NCBI GenBank assembly: GCA_937902735.1
Contig: CALELS010000013.1
Span: forward strand, 134,523 to 198,522
Reading direction: 5' to 3'
Length of the DNA stretch: 64,000 nucleotides
Origin: an uncultured Bacillales bacterium
GTDB lineage: Bacteria; Bacillota_I; Bacilli_A; RFN20; CAG-826
Under the pieces are notes generated by a model, which was given only the letters and a program-made list of their open reading frames with translations, searched no databases and was not told the DNA's origin. A program made the translations under genes and the position numbers. The first letter of the stretch is position 1. Every line of letters starts with the position of its first letter. Shown piece after piece: positions 38,838 to 47,878 of the stretch.

Positions 38838-39572
38838 ATGAAAACTCTACCAATAATCTTTAAATATGAAGATATAAAGGTATTTTATCCAAATGTAGCA
38901 GCCTTTTATGCTTTTGTTGATCGCGCTTCAAAGCGTGGAGAGATTAAACAAATAAAAAGAGGGATATATGCACTAGTAAATCCATCTACCGGAAATATCT
39001 TTGCAACTAAATTCCAAATAGCAAGCCATCTATTTAATGACGCTTATTTTTCATATCATGAGGCTCTAGAATACTATGGTTTAGCTAATCAATCTTTTGT
39101 TTCCTATTTCACTTATTTAACCCATGTTTATGTTGATGATGTGGTTTTTGATGACATAATATATCATTCAAAAAAGAGCGGATATGATTTAGAAATTCTT
39201 AACCGTATGAAAGAAGAAGATATTCGCGTTGTTTCTTTAGAACGCGCAATAGTGGATTCGATAGATTCTCCTTCTCTTGCGGGTGGTCTTGAAGAAATAG
39301 AATACGCTCTTAGTAATTGTCGTAGACTTAAAATAGATAAGATCGAGATGCTTTTAAAGCATTATGATAAATCATTCTTATATCAGAAAGCCGGATATTT
39401 ATTTGAAAAACATTTTGGTGAAAAAATACCAGAATCGTTTTATAAATTATGTTTATCTAAGATAGGCAACAAGATTAATTATTTTGAATCTAAAGTTGGC
39501 CACTCTAAATTAATACTTAAGTGGAAATTAATGGTGCCATTAGAAAGGAGCATGCCTGATGAATTATACTAG
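38838..39572 (+). CDS. AbiEi-family antitoxin/transcriptional regulator (type IV TA)
   Basis: N-terminal wHTH pattern ASKRGEIKQIKRGIYALVNP (l..G.l.rv.rGvY) typical of AbiEi. Confidence 0.65.
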   Translation: MKTLPIIFKYEDIKVFYPNVAAFYAFVDRASKRGEIKQIKRGIYALVNPSTGNIFATKFQIASHLFNDAYFSYHEALEYYGLANQSFVSYFTYLTHVYVDDVVFDDIIYHSKKSGYDLEILNRMKEEDIRVVSLERAIVDSIDSPSLAGGLEEIEYALSNCRRLKIDKIEMLLKHYDKSFLYQKAGYLFEKHFGEKIPESFYKLCLSKIGNKINYFESKVGHSKLILKWKLMVPLERSMPDELY

Positions 39573-40098
39573 AAAATATATTGAATCATTAAACAAAGAC
39601 AACAATTTCATTCAAAACAATCTTGAAAAAGTAGTTAGGCTTTTAGACGTTCTTATATTTATATCCACTGAATTAGATCCATATGGGGACAAGCTTGTTC
39701 TTAAAGGCGGTACCGCCATTAATTTGATGTATACCAATTTAGCAAGATTAAGCGTTGATATTGATTTAGATTATATTGGTTCACTTGATAAAGAAAAAGC
39801 TAGCAAAGATAGAGATATAATCATGGACGCTTTGGATAATTATATGCTTGGCGTAGGCTATGACATTTCTTCTAAATCTAGAGGAAGTGTTATTCTAGCC
39901 AGTAGAACATATTCATTTACCAATGCTTCTCACAATAAAGACAATATTAAAGTCGAAATCAATTTCATTGATAGAATCCACATTAGTCAAAGCATTAGAA
40001 AGAAAATTACTTATTTTGAAAAAGAAGTAATGGTGCATACTCTTCCTTCTCCGTACTATTGTGGACTAAGAAGTATGAATCATTACTGGTTTTATTGA
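39559..40098 (+). CDS. AbiEii/AbiGii-family nucleotidyltransferase toxin, apparently 3'-truncated (179 aa vs ~280-300 typical)
   Basis: AAAGGAG RBS. LKGGTAINLMY...RLSVDIDLDY matches DUF1814 (lkGGTal...RfSeDiDf). The ORF runs into a reverse-orientation duplicated segment at about 40090. Confidence 0.6.
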   Translation: MNYTRKYIESLNKDNNFIQNNLEKVVRLLDVLIFISTELDPYGDKLVLKGGTAINLMYTNLARLSVDIDLDYIGSLDKEKASKDRDIIMDALDNYMLGVGYDISSKSRGSVILASRTYSFTNASHNKDNIKVEINFIDRIHISQSIRKKITYFEKEVMVHTLPSPYYCGLRSMNHYWFY

Positions 40099-40294
40099 GG
40101 CCATTAAGGTATTCGTCATAATCAATTTCAGCAACGCTTCTTATCGCGTCTTTATGATGATGTTTAACTCTAGGGGAATTTCTCACCTTAAGAGCGGCTT
40201 CTTTACCATCTTCAGCACATACGTAGAACATCTTAATAATGTAATTGTTTCTACCAACGTGTCCGCATTTAGCTTCAACCTCGTAATACCTCAT
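40007..40294 (-). CDS. Truncated paralog of the AKCGHVG small protein (15656..16071); its 3' end is read antisense through the AbiEii remnant
   Basis: GAGGAGG RBS. The first ~62 aa are homologous to ORF 15656, then homology stops near 40090. Confidence 0.45.
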   Translation of the reverse strand: MRYYEVEAKCGHVGRNNYIIKMFYVCAEDGKEAALKVRNSPRVKHHHKDAIRSVAEIDYDEYLNGLNKTSNDSYFLVHNSTEKEEYAPLLLFQNK

Positions 40295-40697
40295 ACTTTT
40301 TGCCTCCTCAACTTTGACGCTGATAGTTTACAACGCCGAGGAAACAAAAATAACGAGTGTGTACTTAATTCATTTCTAAACACAATTTTATCAGTTTAGT
40401 TTTACTTTAGAAAGCACCACAGTCGTTAAAGTAAAGATATGTTCCCGCCTTCAAGGGTAAAGCGGAAAATCTGGGTTGAGAAGAAGATAAAAATAAAAAG
40501 CCAACTTTCCACTTGATTTTTTCAGAGAGCTGGCTCTTTTCAGTTAAGGAAATTGGCACTAAAAGCATATACAATATACTTTTATTCATGCATTATTTCT
40601 TTAAAGCTAATCCCACAATGGTTTCAACGTGGGGTTGAAATGGAAACATGACAAGCTTTGTTATTTTAAGAAAAAAAGCAAAAAATGCTTAGATAGA

Positions 40698-41639
40698 CTA
40701 GAATCTCATCCAACAATTCCTTAAAAATAGTTTAATTGATACTAAATCTTTATCTTCGTAATAGTTAACAAGATTCTTCTTAAATTCATCAACCTTGCCA
40801 TAATCGATTACAAGCAAGCCCTGTCCTTTAGAAATCAAGTAATGATTCGCATATATAATAGCAGTTCTTTTATTGCCGTCATTGTAGATTTGAGTCTTCA
40901 TAACATAAAGGCATAGCTCTATGGCCTTATCGATATCGTCTAATTTGCTTTCTAATAAGTCTCTAATATCTTGCTTTACTTTATCTTCAAATGGGATAGG
41001 TGGAATATAAGAAGAACCTCCAATTGTCACTGGTACACCTCTTATTCTTCCTCCATCAGGAATTGCTAATAGACCTTCATTTACTAGCCTAGCAATATAA
41101 GAAGCTAAGTAATAATCACTTGGAGTTTGAATAACATCTTTATCTAAAATGAACTGCCAGGCGTGCTTTAAATTAATAATCTTTTGAACATCTTCAGCCT
41201 TAACATTTTTAACAATGCCGTTATCTATAATTGCTTCGGTATCTGGAAAAGTGGTTCCCACGCCTTCTAATACTGCTTGATCATAAATAATTTTTTTCAT
41301 ATTGGTACGAGCAAAATCTAAATTGAGAACAACTCTGTCTGACAATTCTTCTTCCCTATAGCCAAGTAAGGCCAGTTCTTTTTCAATTTGTCTAATTTCT
41401 TTTCGTATTGTTTTAGCTTCAACATTATTACGAAGCAAAGTGGTATATAGTTCCTCACTATATTCGCCAACATAAGTAGATTTAACTTTGTCTAATTCTC
41501 TTTTACGAATATATACATATCTTTTATTAGAGATTGTCTTAATCTCGGGAGTGCCATCGTATGGTAAAAGATTTAAACGTGCTTGTAGCTCAGCGCGTCT
41601 GTTGAGTAACTCTTGAATTTTAGAAACTAAATTTTCCAT
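40698..41639 (-). CDS. Fic/Doc-like protein with degenerate motif (TQIYNDGNKRTA)
   Basis: GNKRT core of the Fic/Doc motif without the canonical His. Start at the ATG at 41639, which has a TAAGGAGG RBS. Confidence 0.5.
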   Translation of the reverse strand: MENLVSKIQELLNRRAELQARLNLLPYDGTPEIKTISNKRYVYIRKRELDKVKSTYVGEYSEELYTTLLRNNVEAKTIRKEIRQIEKELALLGYREEELSDRVVLNLDFARTNMKKIIYDQAVLEGVGTTFPDTEAIIDNGIVKNVKAEDVQKIINLKHAWQFILDKDVIQTPSDYYLASYIARLVNEGLLAIPDGGRIRGVPVTIGGSSYIPPIPFEDKVKQDIRDLLESKLDDIDKAIELCLYVMKTQIYNDGNKRTAIIYANHYLISKGQGLLVIDYGKVDEFKKNLVNYYEDKDLVSIKLFLRNCWMRF

Positions 41640-42027
41640 ACAATACCTCCTTAGGGAACTTTTCGCTTTGATTATATTATATTTGTTCCCTAAATTCAAT
41701 GTAAACTATGTTCTAACACAAGCAAAAAGAAATGTTTCCAATAACAACGGTTAAGCATCGATATAAAGCACTTTTTCAATAGACATGTTGCCGGCGACAA
41801 GATGGTTGACACAAATACTAAAAATCATAAAGAAAAAAATATTACTTAATGGGTTTCGGCTCTAACAATTATATTAAAAAGTATATATTATACTTTATTG
41901 TTTCAAAGATAAGCCCACAATTGTCTCAACGTGCGATGACACAAAACTTGAATAATTATCCCCTAACGTGGAGACTAGTTAAATAACATGTCTAAAGGCA
42001 TACAATTGCTAAATAACATGTCTATTA

Positions 42028-43320
42028 CTAATTCTTTAAACAACCAATTGGAATAATGTAGATTCCTTCATTACTTAAATAGCCATATTGATCATCAGTA
42101 ATAATGGCTCTAACTGTTGGAAGAGGCATGGTGTTCTTTGGATTGGCAATATTGTATTCTTTGATTAATCTAACCATTTTTTCTAGATTAGCGATTCCAT
42201 CAGAAATATGTTCGTCGCTACTTTTTACTTCAAATAGGCCATATCTTCCATCAGGTAGATGAATTACAAAGTCACATTCTAATCCAAGTCTATCTCTATA
42301 ATATGAAATTTCTCCATCAATTGTTTTTGAATATACTTCTAAATCTCTTCCCACTAGGCACTCAAAAAAGAAACCTCTTGTTTTTGGATCTTTTGATAAA
42401 CCATCAGGACCGATACCTAATGCAGCACAGGCTAAAGATGGATCGAAAAATTCTTTCTTAGGCAAAGAGCGAATTGATGTTTTACTTCTTATATTTGGAC
42501 ACCATGCTGGAATTTCTTTAATAACAAACAGCCTCAACAAAGCGTTGTAATAATCATAAAATGTACTTTCTGATAATGAGTGTCCAGATTTATTAACATC
42601 AGCAATAATCGTCGTATTATCAACGTTTTGTGAAAGCGTTCTAGCGAGGGATCTCAGCAAAACTCTTGTAGTTGTTGGATTTAAATTCATTCCACTTGCT
42701 TCTTGGATGTCTGTTTCACATACACTAGTTAATGCTTGCTTACCATAAGAAAGTAAATTATGAGGAGGATTAACGACGCCTTCTGGCCATCCGCCTTTCA
42801 CAATTAAATCATTAATTATTTCTTTTTGTTTGTCTAAAATCACTGAGATGGGTCTACCAGGGTTGTCAAAAAGATCTTTTAATGACACTTCTCCAGTAGA
42901 ATCTCCACTTTCAAAGAGTGTCATTGTTGTCATATCAATTTTGACAATTCTCATTGAGCCTGTGTGATTAGTTGAACCAGCTTTTGGAGAAAAAGAACCT
43001 GTTAAAATGAATTGATTTTTGAGATGGGTCTCATCAGCGTAGTTTTTAACTTCATCCCATATTGCAGGATATAGTTGCCATTCATCAATCAATCTTGGTT
43101 TTTCGCCGTCGAGAAAGAGTTTGGGATTAGCTAAATACATTCTATCGAATTCTTCTCTTTGACTTTTTGTGTTAAGTTTAATCTCGCTATTAGCAAAGAA
43201 TTCAGAGGTGTATGTTTTACCACACCACTTAGGACCTCTGATGTGCACCGCAGTAAAGTCGGCTAAATAATTATTAATTATATTATCAATAATTCTTGGA
43301 ATGTATTTTTCTTTTTTCAT
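42028..43320 (-). CDS. P-loop ATPase of the AAA_14/DUF4143 type
   Basis: N-terminal IRGPKWCGKTYT P-loop; ~430 aa architecture typical of AAA_14 + DUF4143 proteins. Confidence 0.55.
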   Translation of the reverse strand: MKKEKYIPRIIDNIINNYLADFTAVHIRGPKWCGKTYTSEFFANSEIKLNTKSQREEFDRMYLANPKLFLDGEKPRLIDEWQLYPAIWDEVKNYADETHLKNQFILTGSFSPKAGSTNHTGSMRIVKIDMTTMTLFESGDSTGEVSLKDLFDNPGRPISVILDKQKEIINDLIVKGGWPEGVVNPPHNLLSYGKQALTSVCETDIQEASGMNLNPTTTRVLLRSLARTLSQNVDNTTIIADVNKSGHSLSESTFYDYYNALLRLFVIKEIPAWCPNIRSKTSIRSLPKKEFFDPSLACAALGIGPDGLSKDPKTRGFFFECLVGRDLEVYSKTIDGEISYYRDRLGLECDFVIHLPDGRYGLFEVKSSDEHISDGIANLEKMVRLIKEYNIANPKNTMPLPTVRAIITDDQYGYLSNEGIYIIPIGCLKN

Positions 43321-43355
43321 GACTAATCACCTCGACATTATTATAGCATAATCAA

Positions 43356-43414
43356 AGTGATTTGCAATGTTTTGTCGGAGTGATTTGCAATATTTCGCTG
43401 GAGTGATTTGCAAT
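43356..43414. repeat. Three 23-bp direct repeats (GAGTGATTTGCAAT core), iteron/operator-like, upstream of the ATPase gene
   Basis: AGTGATTTGCAAT at 43356, 43379 and 43402, with exact 23-bp periodicity. Confidence 0.6.
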
Positions 43415-43644
43415 AGCTAATATACCACGAAATGATGGGTTTATCTGCACTTTTTTTGATTTTTTTAAAAATATTTCAGTTTAGACTACTATTTCGGAGA
43501 ATTAAGCTAACAACAGTCTCACAATGTACTGCTATTCAATATGTATAGCCTTTAATTCGTGGAAACAACAAATGATATGTCTTTTTCACCACCTGAAACA
43601 AAGTATGACGAGCCTTTTCGGGTGATTGGGAACATATCCTTTTG

Positions 43645-43968
43645 TTAAACAGCAACTATAAATTCGACATATGAATTGTGCTCTTTTGCCAAACGTAAAA
43701 ATTCAATAATCTTTTCTAAATAAAATTTGCATTGCTGATATCTTGGTTTATCTATGCTTTTCTCAATTAATTCTATTGCCGTATCAATTTGTGTTCCTTC
43801 AAGAATTTGTTCTTCTCCTCTATCTAGAAAATATGCGTCGCATTTTTCGCGGATTTGTCTAAATAATTCGCTATCAAGCATCTTGTCAAAAGTGCCATCA
43901 TCTGTAAAAATAAATTGTTCAAATATCTCATCTTCCGCAATCGGATTATTTGTTTTATAAACAATCAT
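43645..43968 (-). CDS. Hypothetical protein (start at the internal ATG with an AAAGGAAAC RBS)
   Basis: ORF plus RBS context. Confidence 0.4.
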   Translation of the reverse strand: MIVYKTNNPIAEDEIFEQFIFTDDGTFDKMLDSELFRQIREKCDAYFLDRGEEQILEGTQIDTAIELIEKSIDKPRYQQCKFYLEKIIEFLRLAKEHNSYVEFIVAV

Positions 43969-44016
43969 TTTGTTTCCTTTTGTCGGAAATGATTTTTCTT
44001 TCTTTTTCTTCATATT

Positions 44017-45333
44017 TTATCGTGACCAATGTCCACCTTTCTTAGGACCAACACGTTTAATGAATCCGATTTCTTGCAAAGAAGCAACTATTTTCTTTAC
44101 TCCGCTGACGCTTAGTCCTACGTGCCTTGCGACTTCTTCCAAACTTGAATTTGGGTTATTTAAAAGATAATCGAGGATTTTTCTATGAGTTTCTTTTAGA
44201 TTTGCAGACTCTATTTCTCTAACTTTTCTAGCAGATACGCTATCTGGAACAAAAGCAAATGGCAATGTAACCAAAATAGTTGAACTCGATATATTAAAAG
44301 CATTTTTTGAATATTTGTTTACAATAGTAGGAATTCCATGACCGCTTTGTTCGGCAAAATCAGAAATAGAAAAGATTCTAAAAAGCGCCTCATTAACAGG
44401 CATGCTTTGACCACTATAAAATTGATCAAGCGTTAATCTAAATGGAATTTGTCCATAGGAGAACACTTCAATCCTATCATCATAGATAAATACCGATGGT
44501 GACAACATATGAATCCAGTCGTTATGGACGACAGCATTAATCCATGCTTCTTTAAATGATTCGACATCGAATAAATTTGTTTCTACTCTCACACCACTAG
44601 ACAAATCAACTCTAGTTACATTAAGACTCCTTACATAATTCAATATGTCCCTGCAACCTGTCAGCAAAGAACGATTACCATATTCCGTTCTTTCTGACAT
44701 AGCAGTTTTATCAGTCCCGGAAAATCTTACAACCTTGAGTGATATTGTATTGCTGTCGCTCAATAAATAAGCAACTTTATTAAACTTTCCATAGCTTGTA
44801 ACCAAACCAAAGCTTTCAAAGAAAGATTGTTCATATCTTGGATGAACTCCGTTTGCAGCAAAATAATTGAACAGGTCATTAAATTTTAAATCTTGTAACT
44901 CTGATTCAGACGTTTTCAAAATATCAGAGATGCTCGAACTCATTGCATGCCTAATCATGTTGTTGTCCATTAATTCATCAGACCTTATGTTTCTTATGTA
45001 ATATCTTCCGTCAAAACTATATGGAATGTCATTTCCTTCTGCAGTCAATTCAATGTACAAAAGATTGCCGTCGTATTTTTCTTCAGTTTTATATAACAAT
45101 TGTGGTTGGACAAAATTGGATATCTTATCCCTAATCTCATCAAGATATTTTTTTCCTAGTTTCAAGCCAACAACATCGCCATTATCGTTTACTCCAAAAT
45201 AAATGGTTCCCCGACCATTTTTGTTAACCATTGCCGTCAAAGATTTAATCGCTTTATCAAGTTGTGCCAAGCTTTCTTTAAATTCTTGGTATTCGTTTTC
45301 TATTCCAAAATTCATAAGTTTGACCTCCTGCAA
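44017..45333 (-). CDS. AlbA_2 (Schlafen-like divergent AAA) domain protein with C-terminal wHTH
   Basis: N-terminal ...QEFKESL...GRGTIYFGVNDNGDVVGL pattern of AlbA_2; C-terminal EVARHVGLSVSGVKKIVASLQEIGFIKRVG HTH. Confidence 0.5.
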   Translation of the reverse strand: MQEVKLMNFGIENEYQEFKESLAQLDKAIKSLTAMVNKNGRGTIYFGVNDNGDVVGLKLGKKYLDEIRDKISNFVQPQLLYKTEEKYDGNLLYIELTAEGNDIPYSFDGRYYIRNIRSDELMDNNMIRHAMSSSISDILKTSESELQDLKFNDLFNYFAANGVHPRYEQSFFESFGLVTSYGKFNKVAYLLSDSNTISLKVVRFSGTDKTAMSERTEYGNRSLLTGCRDILNYVRSLNVTRVDLSSGVRVETNLFDVESFKEAWINAVVHNDWIHMLSPSVFIYDDRIEVFSYGQIPFRLTLDQFYSGQSMPVNEALFRIFSISDFAEQSGHGIPTIVNKYSKNAFNISSSTILVTLPFAFVPDSVSARKVREIESANLKETHRKILDYLLNNPNSSLEEVARHVGLSVSGVKKIVASLQEIGFIKRVGPKKGGHWSR

Positions 45334-45357
45334 TATCAGTATACTTTAAAGTCTCTT

Positions 45358-45405
45358 TTTAGTCTACTTTTTAGTCTACTTTTTAGTCTACTTTTCCATT
45401 TCTGA
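45358..45405. repeat. Tandem 12-bp repeats (TTTTTAGTCTAC x3 plus a degenerate fourth) in the promoter region of 44017..45333
   Basis: AGTCTAC at 45371, 45383 and 45395; AGTCTC at 45360. Confidence 0.6.
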
Positions 45406-45609
45406 TTATCAGACAAAAAAATAGATAACAGCATATTGCCATCACCTATTCTTCTTGATATTTATGGTTTATTATATTTATATAATAAGTGATAGATGTT
45501 ATCACTCTTTTAGTCGTAGACATGCTACAGTCTCAACATGGGTACAGTTATAATAAGTGCTGACAAAACATCATTTTTCAGGGTGTGCGATTATTGTAGT
45601 GCTGATATT

Positions 45610-46362
45610 TTATTTTAAAACATTATGTAGTTTTAAGAATTTTGTATCATTCATTTGTTCGTTAGTGACATATTTACCATCTTTAAATAATGCATATGTT
45701 GTAATAGGTGTAGGAGCATTTTGTGCTTCTTCCTTACTATTTATATGAACTGCTTTAAATGGAATATTATTGTCTTTAGCTGTTTGTTCTACAATAGGAA
45801 CATATTTCCCATTGAACGGGCATTGACTTGTATAATACAAAACATAGCCAGATTCTTCAATACGAGGATGTTTTGCACATTCTTTAAACATTGGTTTTGA
45901 TGCATTCTTATCAAATGGAAAATACCATAACTGTATTCCATTATCAGCTTCATCTGCTACTTCAAAACCTTTATACTTTAAATATTTTGGGTCAGCTAAA
46001 AATGGTAATTTCTTTTTGCTAGACAAAATACATAATCCAAGCTTTCCTTTTGACTTAGAATCTTTAATGCAAGCATCTAATAAATCGTTTGAATAGCCAT
46101 GACCTTTAAATGATCCTGATACCCATAAACAATCTATATACATGTAACCATTTGCATCTAATGGATTCCAAGCATTTTCTGCTGGTAAATACTCAATAAA
46201 ACATTTACCTCTTTCAACTGATTTTAAAAATACTAATCCATCATCAAATCTATCTTTTAACCAATTCTTTTTCGATGACACTTGAATATCATTATTATTA
46301 GATATCGCACAACATATATGTTCTTTTTCTAAATTATCTTTTGTTACTAAAATATACTCCAT
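45610..46362 (-). CDS. GNAT-family N-acetyltransferase with YoaP-like C-terminal domain
   Basis: YIDCLWVSGSFKGHGYSNDLL (GNAT motif A-like); C-terminal Cys-containing YoaP-like region. Confidence 0.5.
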   Translation of the reverse strand: MEYILVTKDNLEKEHICCAISNNNDIQVSSKKNWLKDRFDDGLVFLKSVERGKCFIEYLPAENAWNPLDANGYMYIDCLWVSGSFKGHGYSNDLLDACIKDSKSKGKLGLCILSSKKKLPFLADPKYLKYKGFEVADEADNGIQLWYFPFDKNASKPMFKECAKHPRIEESGYVLYYTSQCPFNGKYVPIVEQTAKDNNIPFKAVHINSKEEAQNAPTPITTYALFKDGKYVTNEQMNDTKFLKLHNVLK

Positions 46363-46807
46363 ACTTATACTCCTAAATTAATCTTTCAAACATCCAATCA
46401 GAATAACTAAAACTCCGTCTTACTTCAATGAAATTTAACACATTTGAAAATTTTAAATATTTTGTTTTTGGCTGATATGTTCTTATGCTCAATATAGTTG
46501 CAACTATAAAAAGTTAGGTTTAGTGCTGACAAGTGCCTAAAATATGTTTCCTAAGACATCTCGTTTTTTAGTTACAACCCTTAGTTGAAACTACTTAAAT
46601 GCTGACAAACTTTGAATACCGATTGAATCGCTACAGACTCCAATTATCCGAAATAAGATGAAAATGCCTTAAAATATGTTATTTTTACACTATTTTTAGC
46701 TATTTTGGACTATTTCTTTGTCAGCAAACAAACAGTTTCGACATGTGTCGTCACTACAATAGGGATATATCAAATCGTTTTTTGGATAAGAGTTGTTAGG
46801 GTGTTTT

Positions 46808-47878
46808 TTAAATCCTGTCTCCAAAAGGAAGTGATTTTATATACGATTCCATAAATCCCCAATCAGGTTCGCCATTTTCATCAATTGGCAGTTTTAAAAA
46901 CGAATTCTTCATTTGGTCGAGATTCCATTTTCTTCCGTAGGAATACTTAAATTTTTCCATTTTGATAAGACTACAAAGAAATAAACCAATATATTTATTC
47001 ATTTCATGGTCTCTTAAAAAGAGGACGTTTACGTCATCGCTCGCCCAAAAAGGTTCAAACTGATAGAAGGCCTCGCCAACACTCCCGTTATAGTTAACAG
47101 TAATGCAATTTCCAGAAAACATTGATCCGTTTCCTATTTTTTCTCTAACTCCATTGTTGCTATCTATAGCTCCAATAAAATTAATTTTGCCTTCTTCCAT
47201 ATCTTCTTTTGTTAGTCTTGAACCTTTTTTTATCACGAAAAGTTTATTAAAACTAATCAATTTCCAACCGCTTGTATCAAATTTCATTGGATTATTATTT
47301 TTGGTTCCTAAAGAATTCCTTAAAGAGCCCTCTTTCCCGTTTTCTCGAGATTGGAGCACCTCGACACAATCTTCCATATATTTCCAATCAGGTTCGTTAT
47401 TTTCATCGACAGGGAGTTTTATTTTCATTTGCTCAACAACTGAACTATATACAGCTCTACCATATGAATATTTGAACTGTTCCATGTTTATTAATGTCGC
47501 TAAAAATAAACCGATATTGGCGTTCATTTGAAATTTAGGAATTAGAATGTTGACTCTACCGTGTGATACAGCATAAAACGGGTTTGGTTGATAAAAACAA
47601 TTGCAAAACATATCAACCGTTAAACAGTTTCCATTAAATATTTCAGCCTTTCCATCTCCCTCTTCACCTATAAACTTAACAACACCGTTGTTTGTAGATC
47701 CAGAACTAATCAAAGGAATTGGTCCATCTGAACACTCTTCTTCTTTCAAATCGCCTTTACTCAAAACACAATCAAACAAAGAAGAGATTCCAAATTCTTT
47801 CCAACCAGAAGTATCAATCACCGTCAACACCTCCGTTTTTAACTTTATAAGCATAAAAATCTCTGACAGTTTGTTCAA
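46808..47878 (-). CDS. Specificity (S) subunit with two target-recognition domains (HsdS/BcgIB-like)
   Basis: Two repeated halves, each ending ...ENNEPDWKYMEDCVEVL / ...ENGEPDWGFMESYIKSL. Overlaps the 3' end of the R-M gene. The true start may be 47854. Confidence 0.65.
   Translation of the reverse strand: MNKLSEIFMLIKLKTEVLTVIDTSGWKEFGISSLFDCVLSKGDLKEEECSDGPIPLISSGSTNNGVVKFIGEEGDGKAEIFNGNCLTVDMFCNCFYQPNPFYAVSHGRVNILIPKFQMNANIGLFLATLINMEQFKYSYGRAVYSSVVEQMKIKLPVDENNEPDWKYMEDCVEVLQSRENGKEGSLRNSLGTKNNNPMKFDTSGWKLISFNKLFVIKKGSRLTKEDMEEGKINFIGAIDSNNGVREKIGNGSMFSGNCITVNYNGSVGEAFYQFEPFWASDDVNVLFLRDHEMNKYIGLFLCSLIKMEKFKYSYGRKWNLDQMKNSFLKLPIDENGEPDWGFMESYIKSLPFGDRI

Noticed and set aside
43356-45405. 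CRISPR array
   Set aside because: The direct repeats found (3 x 23 bp; 4 x 12 bp) are too short and too few, have no unique spacers of 25-40 bp, and no cas genes occur in the window.
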